From an uncultured Acidobacteriota bacterium (GTDB taxonomy: Bacteria > Acidobacteriota > UBA6911 > RPQK01 > JAPXNP01): a stretch of DNA of 64,000 nt. How positions within the stretch are numbered: position 1 is the stretch's first letter; each line of letters opens with the position of its first letter. The notes beneath the pieces were generated by a model. The model did no database searches and was not told where the DNA came from. It saw nothing but the letters and a program-made list of their open reading frames with translations. Shown here piece after piece: positions 1 through 10,110 of the stretch. Position numbers and translations under genes: made by a program. The DNA is taken from NCBI GenBank assembly GCA_963777605.1, contig CAVZRV010000010.1, forward strand, positions 288,001-352,000, read 5' to 3'.

Positions 1-528
1 TGCGTTGGCGGGCACAATTAGGTCAACCCGACTACCGAAACGTATGAGCGCTATTCTATCACCGCACCGAACCGAATCTCCCACCGATTTCCAGGGGATA
101 ATCCGGCGGGCGACCAATCCGGCGATCAAGGCAAAGGTGACGTCGCCGATGGTGAAAACGTGCTGTTCATTCTCTACCGAGGCACGATCGTCAAACGCCA
201 GGTGGAACTTCCCCTTGCGATGCTCGCTTCGCTCCACCTTCCCATCGACAGGGGAACGGTTCACATGCACGTTGAAAACCGAGAGGAAGATGCAGATGAC
301 GGGCCGGTCTCCCTCGGTGCGGATTCGGATCACCTTGCCGTCGGCCGGACTGACGATCGCGTCCGGATCGGCGGGTATCCGGCGTTCGGGATCCCGGAAG
401 AAAAAGGCGACGAATCCCCCCAGGACCAGGAGGATTACCCCTGCCCAAACCACACCGGCAACCAGGCAGACGACTGCAAGTGCAAAAAGAGGAAGTGAAA
501 AGAGGTAGCCTTCACGTACAAATCGCAT
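1..528 (-). CDS. psd: Phosphatidylserine decarboxylase (short type), 3' end runs off the window
   Basis: Not in the ORF track. Manual minus-strand translation from ATG at 528 gives MRFVREGYLF...FFFRDPER...VSPADGKV...IFLSVFNVHVNRSP...IAGLVARRI...IRFGSRVDL, including the FGS self-cleavage motif. Confidence 0.93.
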   Translation of the reverse strand, partial: MRFVREGYLFSLPLFALAVVCLVAGVVWAGVILLVLGGFVAFFFRDPERRIPADPDAIVSPADGKVIRIRTEGDRPVICIFLSVFNVHVNRSPVDGKVERSEHRKGKFHLAFDDRASVENEQHVFTIGDVTFALIAGLVARRIIPWKSVGDSVRCGDRIALIRFGSRVDLIVPANA

Positions 529-534
529 GCTGGT

Positions 535-574
535 AAAAGAAAAAGCCTGCCGGGGCACGAATCCGCCGGCAGGC
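535..574 (-). terminator. Intrinsic terminator-like hairpin downstream of the DUF465-like gene
   Basis: Minus strand GCCTGCCGG-(12 nt)-CCGGCAGGC followed by TTTTTCTTTT. Confidence 0.7.
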
Positions 575-588
575 AGATACAAGAGCAC

Positions 589-819
589 CTAGTTGACGGA
601 TTTCTGAATCTGCACTTCGTGAATCAGGGTCTGCATTTGATCCTTCAACGCGAGCTTCTTCTTCTTAATCACCGTCTCCTCAACCTGTTCATCCATACTC
701 AGAAAGGGCTTTTCTGAAAACTCGCCCAGTTTCCGCTCAAACTGCTGATGCTCATCAAACAGTTGGCGGAAATGATCGTCAGTTTTGAGCAGATAGTCCT
801 TTGCCGCCCTTTCATCCAT
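589..819 (-). CDS. Small coiled-coil protein, DUF465/YdcH-like (76 aa)
   Basis: ATG at 819 with an AAGGAGG RBS. Sequence pattern HFRQLFDEHQQFERKL...KKKKLALKDQM. Confidence 0.75.
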   Translation of the reverse strand: MDERAAKDYLLKTDDHFRQLFDEHQQFERKLGEFSEKPFLSMDEQVEETVIKKKKLALKDQMQTLIHEVQIQKSVN

Positions 820-933
820 AGTCCCTACCTCCTTGGAAAATGTGATTAAAAAAACGGTGTGATTTATTCGTCTGAGGATTGTGGAATCCAGCATGCTAAC
901 TAAATTTCACTTTAGCAGATCCACCTAGCCGTT

Positions 934-2064
934 TCAAGAAACTTCGGCAGTGCCAAAACGGTCGATTTTCAAAGATTTGCGGCGCAAATGCCGGGTCAGT
1001 CCGAGGTCGATCAACCGGGAAAGGAGTTCCCGGTACGGGAGACCCGAAGCCTCCCACAACTTGGGGTACATGCTGATCTTCGTGAACCCGGGAATAGTGT
1101 TCGGCTCGTTTATCCAGAGTTCCCGGCTGTTACGATCCATCAGAAAATCGACTCGCGCCATCCCCTCGAGGTGCAGTGCCCGGAAGGCCTCCACGGCAAG
1201 CCCCTGGACCCGCGCGATTTCCGCCGATTCCAAAGGAGCCGGAATTATCAACTCCGATGCCTCCGAAAGATACTTGGCCTCGTAGCTGTAAAAGACGTCG
1301 GAGGGCCGGATCTCACCCGGCACCGAAACCGTCGGGGAAAACGATCCCAGAACAGAAACCTCGATCTCACGAGCGTCGATTCCCTGCTCTACGATGACCC
1401 AGTCGTCGAAGGCCAACGCCTCGTCGATGGCGTTTTCCAGCCTGTCGGGCGCCGTACACCGGGAGATCCCAACAGAAGATCCCAGGTTGACCGGCTTGAC
1501 GAACACCGGATAGGGGAATAGCCGCGCCACCTCGGCCAGCAGGGCTTGCGGAGAAGAAGACCATTCGGCACGATCAATACAGCGGCCCGGAACCACAGGC
1601 AACCCGGCAGCAGCCAGGATCTGCTTGCAGTGCATCTTGTTCATGCCCAAGGCCGACCCTCCGACCGACGCCCCCACGTACGGCAGGTCCAGCACCTCGA
1701 GTGCCCCCTGAACGGTTCCGTCTTCACCGTAAGGTCCGTGCAGCACCGGGAAGACAACCGTCTCTTCAGAGGAACAGTTTTCCAAAAACGACACCCAGCC
1801 CACCGCATCGGGAAATTCAGACGGAGCCAGGGCGCCTGCCGGGTCGAGGCCGCGCCGGAGTTCGTCGGCCGACATCGTTGAACCATCCTTCCGGATTCCA
1901 AGCACTGATACCTGGAATCGAGAACGATCGAGATGACTGATCACGGAGGCTGCCGAAAGCAGTGAAACCTCGTGTTCTGCGGATCGTCCTCCGCAAAGCA
2001 GAACGACGTGCCTGCTACCTTCTGGAGACTTGACTCTCGCCCTCGTCGAGTCACTCACGGGCAC
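934..2064 (-). CDS. ddl: D-alanine--D-alanine ligase
   Basis: Motifs [38 protein letters not shown]. Exact start uncertain. Confidence 0.96.
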   Translation of the reverse strand: MPVSDSTRARVKSPEGSRHVVLLCGGRSAEHEVSLLSAASVISHLDRSRFQVSVLGIRKDGSTMSADELRRGLDPAGALAPSEFPDAVGWVSFLENCSSEETVVFPVLHGPYGEDGTVQGALEVLDLPYVGASVGGSALGMNKMHCKQILAAAGLPVVPGRCIDRAEWSSSPQALLAEVARLFPYPVFVKPVNLGSSVGISRCTAPDRLENAIDEALAFDDWVIVEQGIDAREIEVSVLGSFSPTVSVPGEIRPSDVFYSYEAKYLSEASELIIPAPLESAEIARVQGLAVEAFRALHLEGMARVDFLMDRNSRELWINEPNTIPGFTKISMYPKLWEASGLPYRELLSRLIDLGLTRHLRRKSLKIDRFGTAEVS

Positions 2065-2992
2065 CCTCGTAGGCCTGGATGATCAACTGAACCAAATGGT
2101 GCCGCACGACGTCACGATGGTCGAAGTAACAAAACGAGATCGCTTCGATGTGTTGAAGAATGCGAGAGGATTCCACCAGCCCCGATTTCTGCCCTGCCGG
2201 CAGATCGATTTGGGTGATGTCTCCCGTCACGACCGTCTTGGAGTTGATCCCAATCCGGGTCAAGAACATCTTCATCTGCTCGCTGGTTGCGTTCTGAGCC
2301 TCATCCAGGATGATGAACGAGTCGCTGAGGGTCCGGCCACGCATAAAGGCGATTGGAGCGACCTCGATAATTCCGCGTTCGAGAAACTTCTCCACCTTCT
2401 CGGCGTCCAGCATGTCGTAAAGGGCGTCGTAGAGGGGCCGCAGATACGGATTAACCTTCTCCTGCAAGTCGCCGGGAAGAAAGCCCAGTTTCTCGCCCGC
2501 CTCGACCGCAGGACGGGCCAGGATGATTCGCCGGACCGCCTTGCTCTGGAGCATGGAGACGGCCATGGCCACTGCCAGATAGGTCTTTCCCGTCCCCGCC
2601 GGTCCGATGCCGAAAACCAGGTCATGGCTTTCAATCGAACGCAGGTAGACATCCTGGTTCAGAGACCGGGGAACGACCTCGCGGATTGGAGTCCGGATCG
2701 ACATTCGACCCGTGAAAAGCTTGTGAAGGCTTTCGGCAGAATGCTGGGCAATCTGTCGGAAGGCATTACGCAACTCCCCGTTGGAGAATTGAACGCCCTC
2801 GTTAACCAGAGTGGAGAAATCGGCGAGGATTTGCTCGACTCTCTCCACACCATCCTCGGTACCCTCAATTGACACGCGCGAACCGCGGGCGCTGATTCGA
2901 ACGTCAAAAAGGGATTCCAGGAGCCGAATATTCTCGTCTCGAACGTCGAACAGGATCTCGGCTCCCCGGTCAGGCAGGAGGAGTTTTCTCAA
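2051..2992 (-). CDS. phoH: PhoH-family ATPase (YbeZ-like)
   Basis: Motifs [39 protein letters not shown]. Confidence 0.95.
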   Translation of the reverse strand: MRKLLLPDRGAEILFDVRDENIRLLESLFDVRISARGSRVSIEGTEDGVERVEQILADFSTLVNEGVQFSNGELRNAFRQIAQHSAESLHKLFTGRMSIRTPIREVVPRSLNQDVYLRSIESHDLVFGIGPAGTGKTYLAVAMAVSMLQSKAVRRIILARPAVEAGEKLGFLPGDLQEKVNPYLRPLYDALYDMLDAEKVEKFLERGIIEVAPIAFMRGRTLSDSFIILDEAQNATSEQMKMFLTRIGINSKTVVTGDITQIDLPAGQKSGLVESSRILQHIEAISFCYFDHRDVVRHHLVQLIIQAYEGARE

Positions 2993-3010
2993 TGCGAGAA
3001 CTCCCGAACG

Positions 3011-3265
3011 CTATTCGAGGGACTTGGTCAAGCGAGACTTGTAACGCGCGGCGGCATTGGCATGTATCACGCCTTTCTGGGCCGTCTTGTCGATGATTGA
3101 GAAGACCGTGGGAAGTAGTGCCCGAGCCTCGTCCGCCTTGTTCTCCGAAACCAGGCTCCGGAACTTCTTGATCTCAGTCCTCATCCTCGACCGCTTGCTG
3201 CGATTGGCCTGGCGCCGTTTCCGGTCCTGCCGCATTCGCTTGATGGCCGACTCAATATTCGGCAT
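3011..3265 (-). CDS. rpsT: 30S ribosomal protein S20
   Basis: MPNIESAIKRMRQ...KGVIHANAAARYKSRL. Start trimmed to the ATG at 3265. Confidence 0.97.
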   Translation of the reverse strand: MPNIESAIKRMRQDRKRRQANRSKRSRMRTEIKKFRSLVSENKADEARALLPTVFSIIDKTAQKGVIHANAAARYKSRLTKSLE

Positions 3266-3341
3266 AACAGAATACTCCTGAATCTTAGGAACAACTAAAT
3301 GCGCAAATTCGTAAAGAGAGAAATTATAGGGATCTCCGTCC

Positions 3342-4274
3342 TCAGGTGTCAATGATGACCCGTTCAAGGTGGATCCGGCCCAGGGCACCGGAAGTCTTCA
3401 CCAGCCGCTCCGATTCCCTGAGACGGAGCAGGAGATCGACCAACCGTTCCCGGGAATAGCTCCGGATCTCCCTTTCCCGCCCCTTGAAGCTCCACAGCTT
3501 CAACTCCTTGATCGAGTTCATGAAGTTTTTCCGCCGATCAAGCCGTTCCTTCAGAACCAGAACCCGTTTGAAGCTCCAGTACAACAAGGAGAGTAGCTGG
3601 GGCTCCCGAACCCCGGAGTCGAACAGGCTCTGAAGCAGGTGAAGAGCCCGGATTCGATCCCGGTTCGCCAGGGCGCCGATCAGATCGAAAACCTCGTGTT
3701 CTCGACCCGCTACCGCCAGCTTGAACACCGAGTCGACGGTAATCTTCTTACTTTCCCACTCCCACAGGATCAGCTTTTCCAATTCCATCTCCAACTGCTG
3801 GAGATCTTCTCCGACCAACTCAATGAGAAGGCTGGAGGCATCCGGAGCAATTGCAAAGCCCTCTTTACGGGCCTTGCCAGAAAGCCAACTCCGGACACCT
3901 TTGCCGGTGTCCAGACTGACAACGGGGAGTTTCTTGGGCCATCCGGCCGCCTTGCGGCTGCACGCCAGGACCATTACGGTGCGATCGGATGGTTTCTCGA
4001 GGTAGGCCTTAAGCTCACTGTCCCCCTTTTCCCCGCTCCTGACAAAGATCCAGCGACGGGGGCTCATCCAGGGGAGAGTGCGGGCCCTCGACACGACCGC
4101 CTCGGTCCCTTCACTCTCAATGTCATGATCAGACCAGTCGAATGTCCGGGCCGACTCGTCGATTTGCGACCTGCAATGCTCCAGGACACGATCCCTGAGA
4201 TAAGTCTGGTCGGTCATCAACAGGTAGACTGTTTCCGGATCGGCGGTTGATTTGACGAAGTCGGAGAAGTCCAC
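3342..4274 (-). CDS. holA: DNA polymerase III delta subunit
   Basis: TLPWMSPRRW, DLQQLEMELEKL and VFDLIGAL pattern. Position next to lptE and rpsT is typical. Confidence 0.85.
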   Translation of the reverse strand: MDFSDFVKSTADPETVYLLMTDQTYLRDRVLEHCRSQIDESARTFDWSDHDIESEGTEAVVSRARTLPWMSPRRWIFVRSGEKGDSELKAYLEKPSDRTVMVLACSRKAAGWPKKLPVVSLDTGKGVRSWLSGKARKEGFAIAPDASSLLIELVGEDLQQLEMELEKLILWEWESKKITVDSVFKLAVAGREHEVFDLIGALANRDRIRALHLLQSLFDSGVREPQLLSLLYWSFKRVLVLKERLDRRKNFMNSIKELKLWSFKGREREIRSYSRERLVDLLLRLRESERLVKTSGALGRIHLERVIIDT

Positions 4275-4285
4275 AGCAATCCTTG

Positions 4286-4804
4286 CTAGAAACCCTCGAG
4301 AATCGAAACGACGACACTCTCGGCGAAATCGTTGGCAATCCGTTGAAGAGCGGGATTCATTTCGGAGAAGAAGTTCTCTACATCGACGTTCACAATGTAT
4401 TGTTCACGAAAGATGTACTGGTCGTTCTTGAAGAGGACCGCACCCGTCCGCCGGTCAGTGAGTTCGATGCCGGCGTAGACCGTAACCAGCACGGTCGAAG
4501 CAAATGCCGTGCGGGCAAACGTCACCGGGTTGGCCGTCACCCGGATGACCCGCCCTTTGAGAACGGCATCCGCCTGCGAATTGCCACTGACGACGTCGTA
4601 ATTGGTCCGCTCAACGAGTTCGGAAACAAGCGCCCGCGTCAGGATCTGCTCGACCTTGTAGGTCGTTGTCTGATTCTTAAGCGGCTCGACGTCGATGGTG
4701 TGAATCGGCTGTGGCAACCGGTTCTTTGAAGCCACCCGGTACCCGCACCCGCAAAGCCCAACCACCATGACGACAGCCAACGCGGTGCGTTTCATCTTCG
4801 GCAT
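4286..4804 (-). CDS. lptE: LPS-assembly lipoprotein LptE-like
   Basis: Lipobox LCGC followed by GYR. Adjacent to holA. TGATG overlap with the dcd stop. Confidence 0.8.
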   Translation of the reverse strand: MPKMKRTALAVVMVVGLCGCGYRVASKNRLPQPIHTIDVEPLKNQTTTYKVEQILTRALVSELVERTNYDVVSGNSQADAVLKGRVIRVTANPVTFARTAFASTVLVTVYAGIELTDRRTGAVLFKNDQYIFREQYIVNVDVENFFSEMNPALQRIANDFAESVVVSILEGF

Positions 4805-5373
4805 CACTCCCGCTCGCTGTCGACTTTCGAAAGCACTATGCCTTTCTGCGCCTGGTATTTCCCCCTGCGGTCACGGTAAGAGACAGTGCAGATCTCGTCC
4901 GCAGAAAAGAAAACGAGCTGGGCGATGCCTTCTCCAGCGTAGAGCCGGACCGGTGACGGGCCCGTGTTTGAAATCGCCATCGTCACGTGTCCCTCCCACT
5001 CAGGCTCGAACGGCGTGACGTTCACCAGGATTCCGCAACGGGCGTAGGTCGACTTGCCGCTGCAAAGGGTCAAAATATCGCGAGGTATCCGAAAGTATTC
5101 GACCGACTTCGCCAAGAGGAAAGAGCCGGCCGGGACAATGCAGGAGTCGCCCTCGAAGTCCTCGAACAGGCCTCCGTCAACCCCCTTGGGATCAACAACG
5201 TCGGAACCGTTGCCGCGGAAGATCTTGAACTGACGATCGACCCGGAAATCGTATCCGTACGAGGATGGTCCGAAAGAGATCGAGCCGGCCTTCACGAGCG
5301 TGTCCACAAAGGGCTCGATCATCCCCTGTTCCCTTGCCATCTCGACGATCCAATGGTCCGGTTTGACTCCCAT
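4804..5373 (-). CDS. dcd: dCTP deaminase
   Basis: Motifs [36 protein letters not shown]. Confidence 0.96.
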   Translation of the reverse strand: MGVKPDHWIVEMAREQGMIEPFVDTLVKAGSISFGPSSYGYDFRVDRQFKIFRGNGSDVVDPKGVDGGLFEDFEGDSCIVPAGSFLLAKSVEYFRIPRDILTLCSGKSTYARCGILVNVTPFEPEWEGHVTMAISNTGPSPVRLYAGEGIAQLVFFSADEICTVSYRDRRGKYQAQKGIVLSKVDSERE

Positions 5374-5462
5374 ATTCAAGGCCGGATTCTACCATACCGG
5401 GGGCTTCCCCTCCCCGGGACGAGGACTGCCCAACTCGCCGGATAAAAGGCGGAAGAGAGGCT

Positions 5463-6221
5463 TCACGGGGACTTCCGATGCGGCTCGAGGAGCCGCTCAA
5501 CCATCTCTGCCAACCCGGCATAGGCTTCGGAGCACTCTCTGTGGCGCGCATCAGCGACCGCCCCTTCGATCCCGGCCCCCTGCTTTGCCTGCGCCCCCTC
5601 AAGATGGCAGATCAAAGACTCGCGCCGCGCGGGGTTCAACGCGCCGCGCGCCGGCTCTCCGGAAGATTGTTGAGGTGGTTCCACATTCTGCTCCGCCAGG
5701 GCTTCGAGAACCGCTTCTCTTCTCCCGAGCAGGTTGACCGACAGGTACAAGGCCAACGCGTCGGCCAGGTCTTCTTCCGACCGGTCTCCCGAGCTCAGCT
5801 TGAACAGATCGATAAGGGCATGCCCAATCTCGTGACAGATAACGAACGTGATCGCGCCTTCGTAAAGGTGGTCCCGTTCGGCAGACTCCGGGCTGGGAGT
5901 CCCGGACTCCGGCAGAAGTTGCATGGCATAGGGGATCGAGATCGTCCTCGCCAAGGGATCGTAGTAGGGTCCCATCGAACCCAGCCGGATCGTGACCGAC
6001 ACCGGCAGATCCGTGCTCATTGTGACGGCCTGGGAGATGTCATTGAGCAACTTTGAACGTTGCAGGAATGCATGGACCTCGATCTCTCTCGGCCCCTGTG
6101 GTGGAAGGTAATCCAGCCGGATGTTGGCCGCCTGCACGATCCCAGGGACCAGGAAAACGACTGCGGCGGCCGATGTCACGACCGCGAGGGGGACCACCTT
6201 GCACAAACGGATCATCCACAT
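5463..6221 (-). CDS. Secreted putative zinc metallopeptidase (DUF4344-like)
   Basis: N-terminal hydrophobic segment, HEIGHALI zincin motif and downstream EEDLAD. Start uncertain. Confidence 0.7.
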   Translation of the reverse strand: MWMIRLCKVVPLAVVTSAAAVVFLVPGIVQAANIRLDYLPPQGPREIEVHAFLQRSKLLNDISQAVTMSTDLPVSVTIRLGSMGPYYDPLARTISIPYAMQLLPESGTPSPESAERDHLYEGAITFVICHEIGHALIDLFKLSSGDRSEEDLADALALYLSVNLLGRREAVLEALAEQNVEPPQQSSGEPARGALNPARRESLICHLEGAQAKQGAGIEGAVADARHRECSEAYAGLAEMVERLLEPHRKSP

Positions 6222-6331
6222 CGTCCCGACCTTCCGGTCAAGGTTCCTGAAGCTGCAGCCGCGGTCAAATCTCCCCGGCCGGTTCATCCTTGTCGCACCG
6301 AACCGACTGGAAGCCGGCGCACCCGGCCCGG

Positions 6332-7630
6332 CTAGACCTCCGGATACTCCCACGGAGATCGATAGTCCCGACGCAGCAACCGGTTGGCCTCGTCGTCACC
6401 CGGTACCCGCTCGCTACTGCCGTCCCAATTCACACTCCGGCCAAGCTTCAGCGACAGCATTCCCAGGAGGCTCATGGTCGTCGAGCGGTGCCCGATTTCA
6501 ATGTCGCAAACCGGGGTCCGACCGGTATCGATCGAATCGATAAAATCGGCCCAGAGTTCCGGGATATTCTGCTGATCGGGTTCATGAAGCCGCGGTTCCC
6601 GGTGAACCGGAGGCTCTCCCTTCTTACGCGGATAAAAGGTCCAGCCGTCCAGCCACCCCATGTGGAAGACACCTTCGGTCCCGTAGAAGAAACATCCGAA
6701 TTGATGCGGCTGCTCCGGATTGCCTCCGAACATCCGATGTTCCCACTCGACCGTAAACCCATCGAAATCGAAGGTTGCCACCTGCGTGTCGGGAGCATCG
6801 GAGGCATCCCGCAGGATGTGGCGACCTCCCGTTGAATAGATGCGCGAGGGGAATTTCTGCTCGGTCCACCAGAGGATCTGGTCCAGCCAGTGAATTCCCC
6901 AATCGCCGAGAGTACCGTTGGCATAGTCGAGAAAATTGCGAAAGCCCCGGGGATGGATTTGGGGATTGAAGCGGCGATAGGGAGCAGGGCCGCACCACAT
7001 GTCCCAGTCCAACCCTGCCGGCGCGTCGCGGTCCGCCTGGGCTTCCCCTGCGGAATCCCGGCCGTTGTAGACGAAGGCCCGAACCAGGCTGACCCGGCCG
7101 ACTCTGCCGGATTTCAGGAACTCCATCCCGGATATGTTGTGGGGAGAAACCCGCCTGTGGGTTCCGACCTGGACCGTCCGGCCGGCCTTTCGGGCGGCCT
7201 TGACCATGGCCCGGCCTTCCAGAATCGTGTGACCGATCGGTTTCTCCACGTAGACGTGGGCACCGCTTTCCACTGCCGCAATCGTGATCAGCGGATGCCA
7301 GTGGTCAGGAGTCGCGACGATGACGACCTCGGGTTTCTGCTCCTTCAACAGTTCCCGGAAATCGCGATACGACCGCGGTGCGCTTCCGGTGAGTTGAGTG
7401 ACCTTCTCGAGTCCTGGTTTGAGCTGACGTTCATCGACGTCACACATAGCCACGACGCGGCTTCGGCCGGCTGCAATCGCCGATCCCAGGATATTCATTC
7501 CCCACCAGCCTGTGCCGATCAAAGCGGTGGACATCACCCGCCCTTCAGCCCGGCCAAAAACAGGTGTTCCGAGGGCAACTCCTCCCGCCATCGCGGCCCT
7601 CACGAAATCCCGGCGATTCAGTTTCCCCAT
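6332..7630 (-). CDS. Tat-exported Gfo/Idh/MocA oxidoreductase
   Basis: Twin-arginine NRRDFV signal, IGTGWWG, ATPDHWH, YVEKP, DWGIHWLD. GGAGGAG RBS before ATG 7630. Confidence 0.9.
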   Translation of the reverse strand: MGKLNRRDFVRAAMAGGVALGTPVFGRAEGRVMSTALIGTGWWGMNILGSAIAAGRSRVVAMCDVDERQLKPGLEKVTQLTGSAPRSYRDFRELLKEQKPEVVIVATPDHWHPLITIAAVESGAHVYVEKPIGHTILEGRAMVKAARKAGRTVQVGTHRRVSPHNISGMEFLKSGRVGRVSLVRAFVYNGRDSAGEAQADRDAPAGLDWDMWCGPAPYRRFNPQIHPRGFRNFLDYANGTLGDWGIHWLDQILWWTEQKFPSRIYSTGGRHILRDASDAPDTQVATFDFDGFTVEWEHRMFGGNPEQPHQFGCFFYGTEGVFHMGWLDGWTFYPRKKGEPPVHREPRLHEPDQQNIPELWADFIDSIDTGRTPVCDIEIGHRSTTMSLLGMLSLKLGRSVNWDGSSERVPGDDEANRLLRRDYRSPWEYPEV

Positions 7631-7640
7631 CACTCCTCCT

Positions 7641-8411
7641 CTAATGCATGACTTGCCCACCACAGATGTTATAGGCCTGCCCCGTGATGTTCCTCGCCTC
7701 CTCGGAAACCAGGAAGCGCACCAGCCCGGCAACCTCTTCAGGCTCGATCATGCTATTGAGCGGAACGTGACGCAAGGCCGCTTCTCGAAACTCCGTGTAG
7801 GTTCTGCCGGATTCCTCGGCAAGGCGCTCCATGACCGACTTCGCCATTTCCGTCTCAACCCAACCCGGGCAAAGAGCATTCGCGGTGATCTTCCGGGGCG
7901 CCAATTCCAGCGCCGCGGTCCGGACGAGTCCGATCAGCCCGTGCTTGGCTGCGCTGTAACCGGCCGACCCGGGAGCTCCAAACTTACCGGTGACCGACGA
8001 GATGTAGATCATGCGACCGCCGTCCGGCATGTGTGCCAGCACCCGAGTGGTCAGGTAGTACGGAGCGTCCAGGTTGGCTGCCAGGATGTCGCGCCAGGCT
8101 GCGTCGTCAGGGCGATCCAGCGGCGTCGGGCCAGTCGAGCCTGCGTTGTTGACGAGAATGTCGATCTGGCCGAAGCGTTCGACAACGCGGCCAACGAAGT
8201 TATCGATGTCGACTGGCTTGCAAACGTCACAGGGAACAGTGAGCACGTCGACTCCAGCCGAGGCCAGGTCACGGGCGGCGTCGGTGAGTCTCCCCACGCT
8301 TCTGCCACAAATCGCGACCTTCGCACCGTCAAGGCCAAGGCGACGCGCAATCGCCAGACCGATTCCCGCACTCCCTCCCGTAATCAGAGCGGATTTTCCG
8401 GTAAGTTCCAT
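7641..8411 (-). CDS. Short-chain dehydrogenase/reductase
   Basis: TGGSAGIG, NNAG, YSAAK, PGWVET. Start trimmed to MELTGK. Confidence 0.92.
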   Translation of the reverse strand: MELTGKSALITGGSAGIGLAIARRLGLDGAKVAICGRSVGRLTDAARDLASAGVDVLTVPCDVCKPVDIDNFVGRVVERFGQIDILVNNAGSTGPTPLDRPDDAAWRDILAANLDAPYYLTTRVLAHMPDGGRMIYISSVTGKFGAPGSAGYSAAKHGLIGLVRTAALELAPRKITANALCPGWVETEMAKSVMERLAEESGRTYTEFREAALRHVPLNSMIEPEEVAGLVRFLVSEEARNITGQAYNICGGQVMH

Positions 8412-8473
8412 TGGACTAACTATAACCCAGTCCATCCGGCATGGTTGACTCCCGCCGTTCCTTGCAGTAATCA

Positions 8474-9535
8474 GTGAACATGTTTCCCTCGCGGATCGAT
8501 CGAGTTCCTCCGGTGGGTCGAGCCTTCCTCTATCTATTCGTGCTGTCGTTGGCGCCTTCGGTCCCGGTCGTGGCGCAGCAACGGAGTCCGCTCGACGATT
8601 TGCCGTCCAATATCCGCATCCTGACTCAGTTCGGCGAGCGTGCCGTCTGGTCCCCGGACGGAACGCGAGTCGCGTTCGTCCATCGAACGCTGGGCGACGC
8701 GTTCGAGGTCGAGGTCGCAACCGGATCGATCAAATGCCTGACCTGTACCTTTAAGAACGCAGGCTTCTTCCGGGTTCACTACCTCCCCACCGGTGATTAC
8801 ATCCTGATCGGGCCCGTTGAGTCCACCGACCCCCAGCAGGCCCGATGGAACCGCGCGGCCCTCTGGTTTCTGGACAGGAATCGTCAACGACCTCCGGTCA
8901 GCCTCAACCGGAGACTCAACGAGGGGATCGCCACATCAAAGACTTCTCCAACCATTGCCTGGTCCGAGAGTTCCAGCCAGTACCCGGATCGTATACCTGA
9001 GGGCGTCTCGCGACTGATGACCGGAGAGGTCCTTAGCGATTCCAGTGGACCGCACCTGGTCAACATCAGACTGGTGCACCAGGACAAGTGGCCCCACTGC
9101 TGGCTGGAAGCCCAGGACTTTCGTCGAGACGACGCTGAACTGATCTATTCCTGTTACCAACCCGAAACCAAGGCAGACGTCATGGGAGTTGACCTTGCCT
9201 CGGGCAGGACGACCAACTACACGGCGTCCCCCGGAGTCTATGACGAGCCCGAGGGAATCTTCCCCGATGGCCAGTACACCACGGTCGAATCCGACCGGCA
9301 GAACCCAAGGGGAGATCACTACGTCGACATCTGGAAACTCCGCCTCGACAGCATGGGCGCGGATTACCAGCGTCTTACGCACTTCACCGATTACGACGGG
9401 TACAAGGCATCCAACCCCACGATCAGCCCAGACGGCCGGTTCATGGCCTTTCAGTTGGCCATGTCAAAAGACGAGGCCGGAGTGGGATACGGAATCCTGA
9501 TCATGGACTTGGCCGCAAAGTCGGGCACGCGATGA
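8474..9535 (+). CDS. Secreted TolB-like/PD40 beta-propeller protein
   Basis: Signal peptide and repeats of WSPDG, IFPDG and ISPDG type. Confidence 0.7.
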   Translation: MNMFPSRIDRVPPVGRAFLYLFVLSLAPSVPVVAQQRSPLDDLPSNIRILTQFGERAVWSPDGTRVAFVHRTLGDAFEVEVATGSIKCLTCTFKNAGFFRVHYLPTGDYILIGPVESTDPQQARWNRAALWFLDRNRQRPPVSLNRRLNEGIATSKTSPTIAWSESSSQYPDRIPEGVSRLMTGEVLSDSSGPHLVNIRLVHQDKWPHCWLEAQDFRRDDAELIYSCYQPETKADVMGVDLASGRTTNYTASPGVYDEPEGIFPDGQYTTVESDRQNPRGDHYVDIWKLRLDSMGADYQRLTHFTDYDGYKASNPTISPDGRFMAFQLAMSKDEAGVGYGILIMDLAAKSGTR

Positions 9536-9790
9536 GGTTGCCGTCCGGAAGGCAATCGTGACCACGGCCCTTCACGGGTTCCGAGAAGCCAACTGAAACA
9601 AATCCTGCAAGTTGCCGACAACCAGCCCAACCGCGCTAGCCCAATCTCCCGTGCCTCCTCCCGTCAGATTTCGAAAAGTCAAACCAGAGTTGGACTATTT
9701 CTCATGCCCCACCTTGACTTTTTTCCTTCCGAAATCCCTCCAACTCGAACAAGTCCCATGAAATTAATGTCTTATGAAATCTTCAAGAAT

Positions 9791-9806
9791 TGGAACGGGA
9801 CCTGCG
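9791..9806 (+). promoter_or_regulatory. Candidate sigma54 (-24/-12) promoter for the peptide operon
   Basis: TGGAACGGGACCTGCG has the GG-N10-GC spacing of TGGCACG-N4-TTGC and lies about 65 nt upstream of the peptide start. Confidence 0.4.
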
Positions 9807-9871
9807 ATAACAGCCGGTTGACAGTGCCCCGGCCAGGGGACACGAACAGAAACCCAAACAGGAGGTGTGAA

Positions 9872-10093
9872 GTGAGAAGAAAGGTCATCGCGTTACTCGT
9901 CCTACTAATCCTGCCATTCCTGATGGCAGCCCCAGCAGCCGTGCCAGTCAGCGCTGACTGGGGCTACGCATACGCCAAGATGGGCATGTCTGACTTCGAA
10001 TTGGGCGTTTGGAGTGTTGGCACAGGGATCATGTGTGCCATGTCCTTCACAGGAGTAGCCGGTATCGGCTGTGTAGTATCCTCTGCCCTCTAA
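9872..10093 (+). CDS. 73-aa secreted peptide precursor (putative circular-bacteriocin-like RiPP precursor)
   Basis: GGAGG RBS at 9861 and GTG start. Sequence MRRKVIALLVLLILPFLMAAPAAVPVSA|DWGYAYAKMGMSDFELGVWSVGTGIMCAMSFTGVAGIGCVVSSAL. First gene of the Yip1/SpoIIM/ABC operon. Confidence 0.7.
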   Translation: MRRKVIALLVLLILPFLMAAPAAVPVSADWGYAYAKMGMSDFELGVWSVGTGIMCAMSFTGVAGIGCVVSSAL

Positions 10094-10110
10094 TGGATTG
10101 AAGGGGTTCT

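Noticed and set aside
9818-9846. Perfect TTGACA as a sigma70 -35 box
   Set aside because: The sequence 17 nt downstream (CACGAA) is a poor -10 element.
9704-9871. N-terminal 56 aa of the 129-aa ORF call
   Set aside because: A strong GGAGG RBS precedes GTG 9872, which begins a clean signal peptide. The upstream part overlaps promoter-like sequence.
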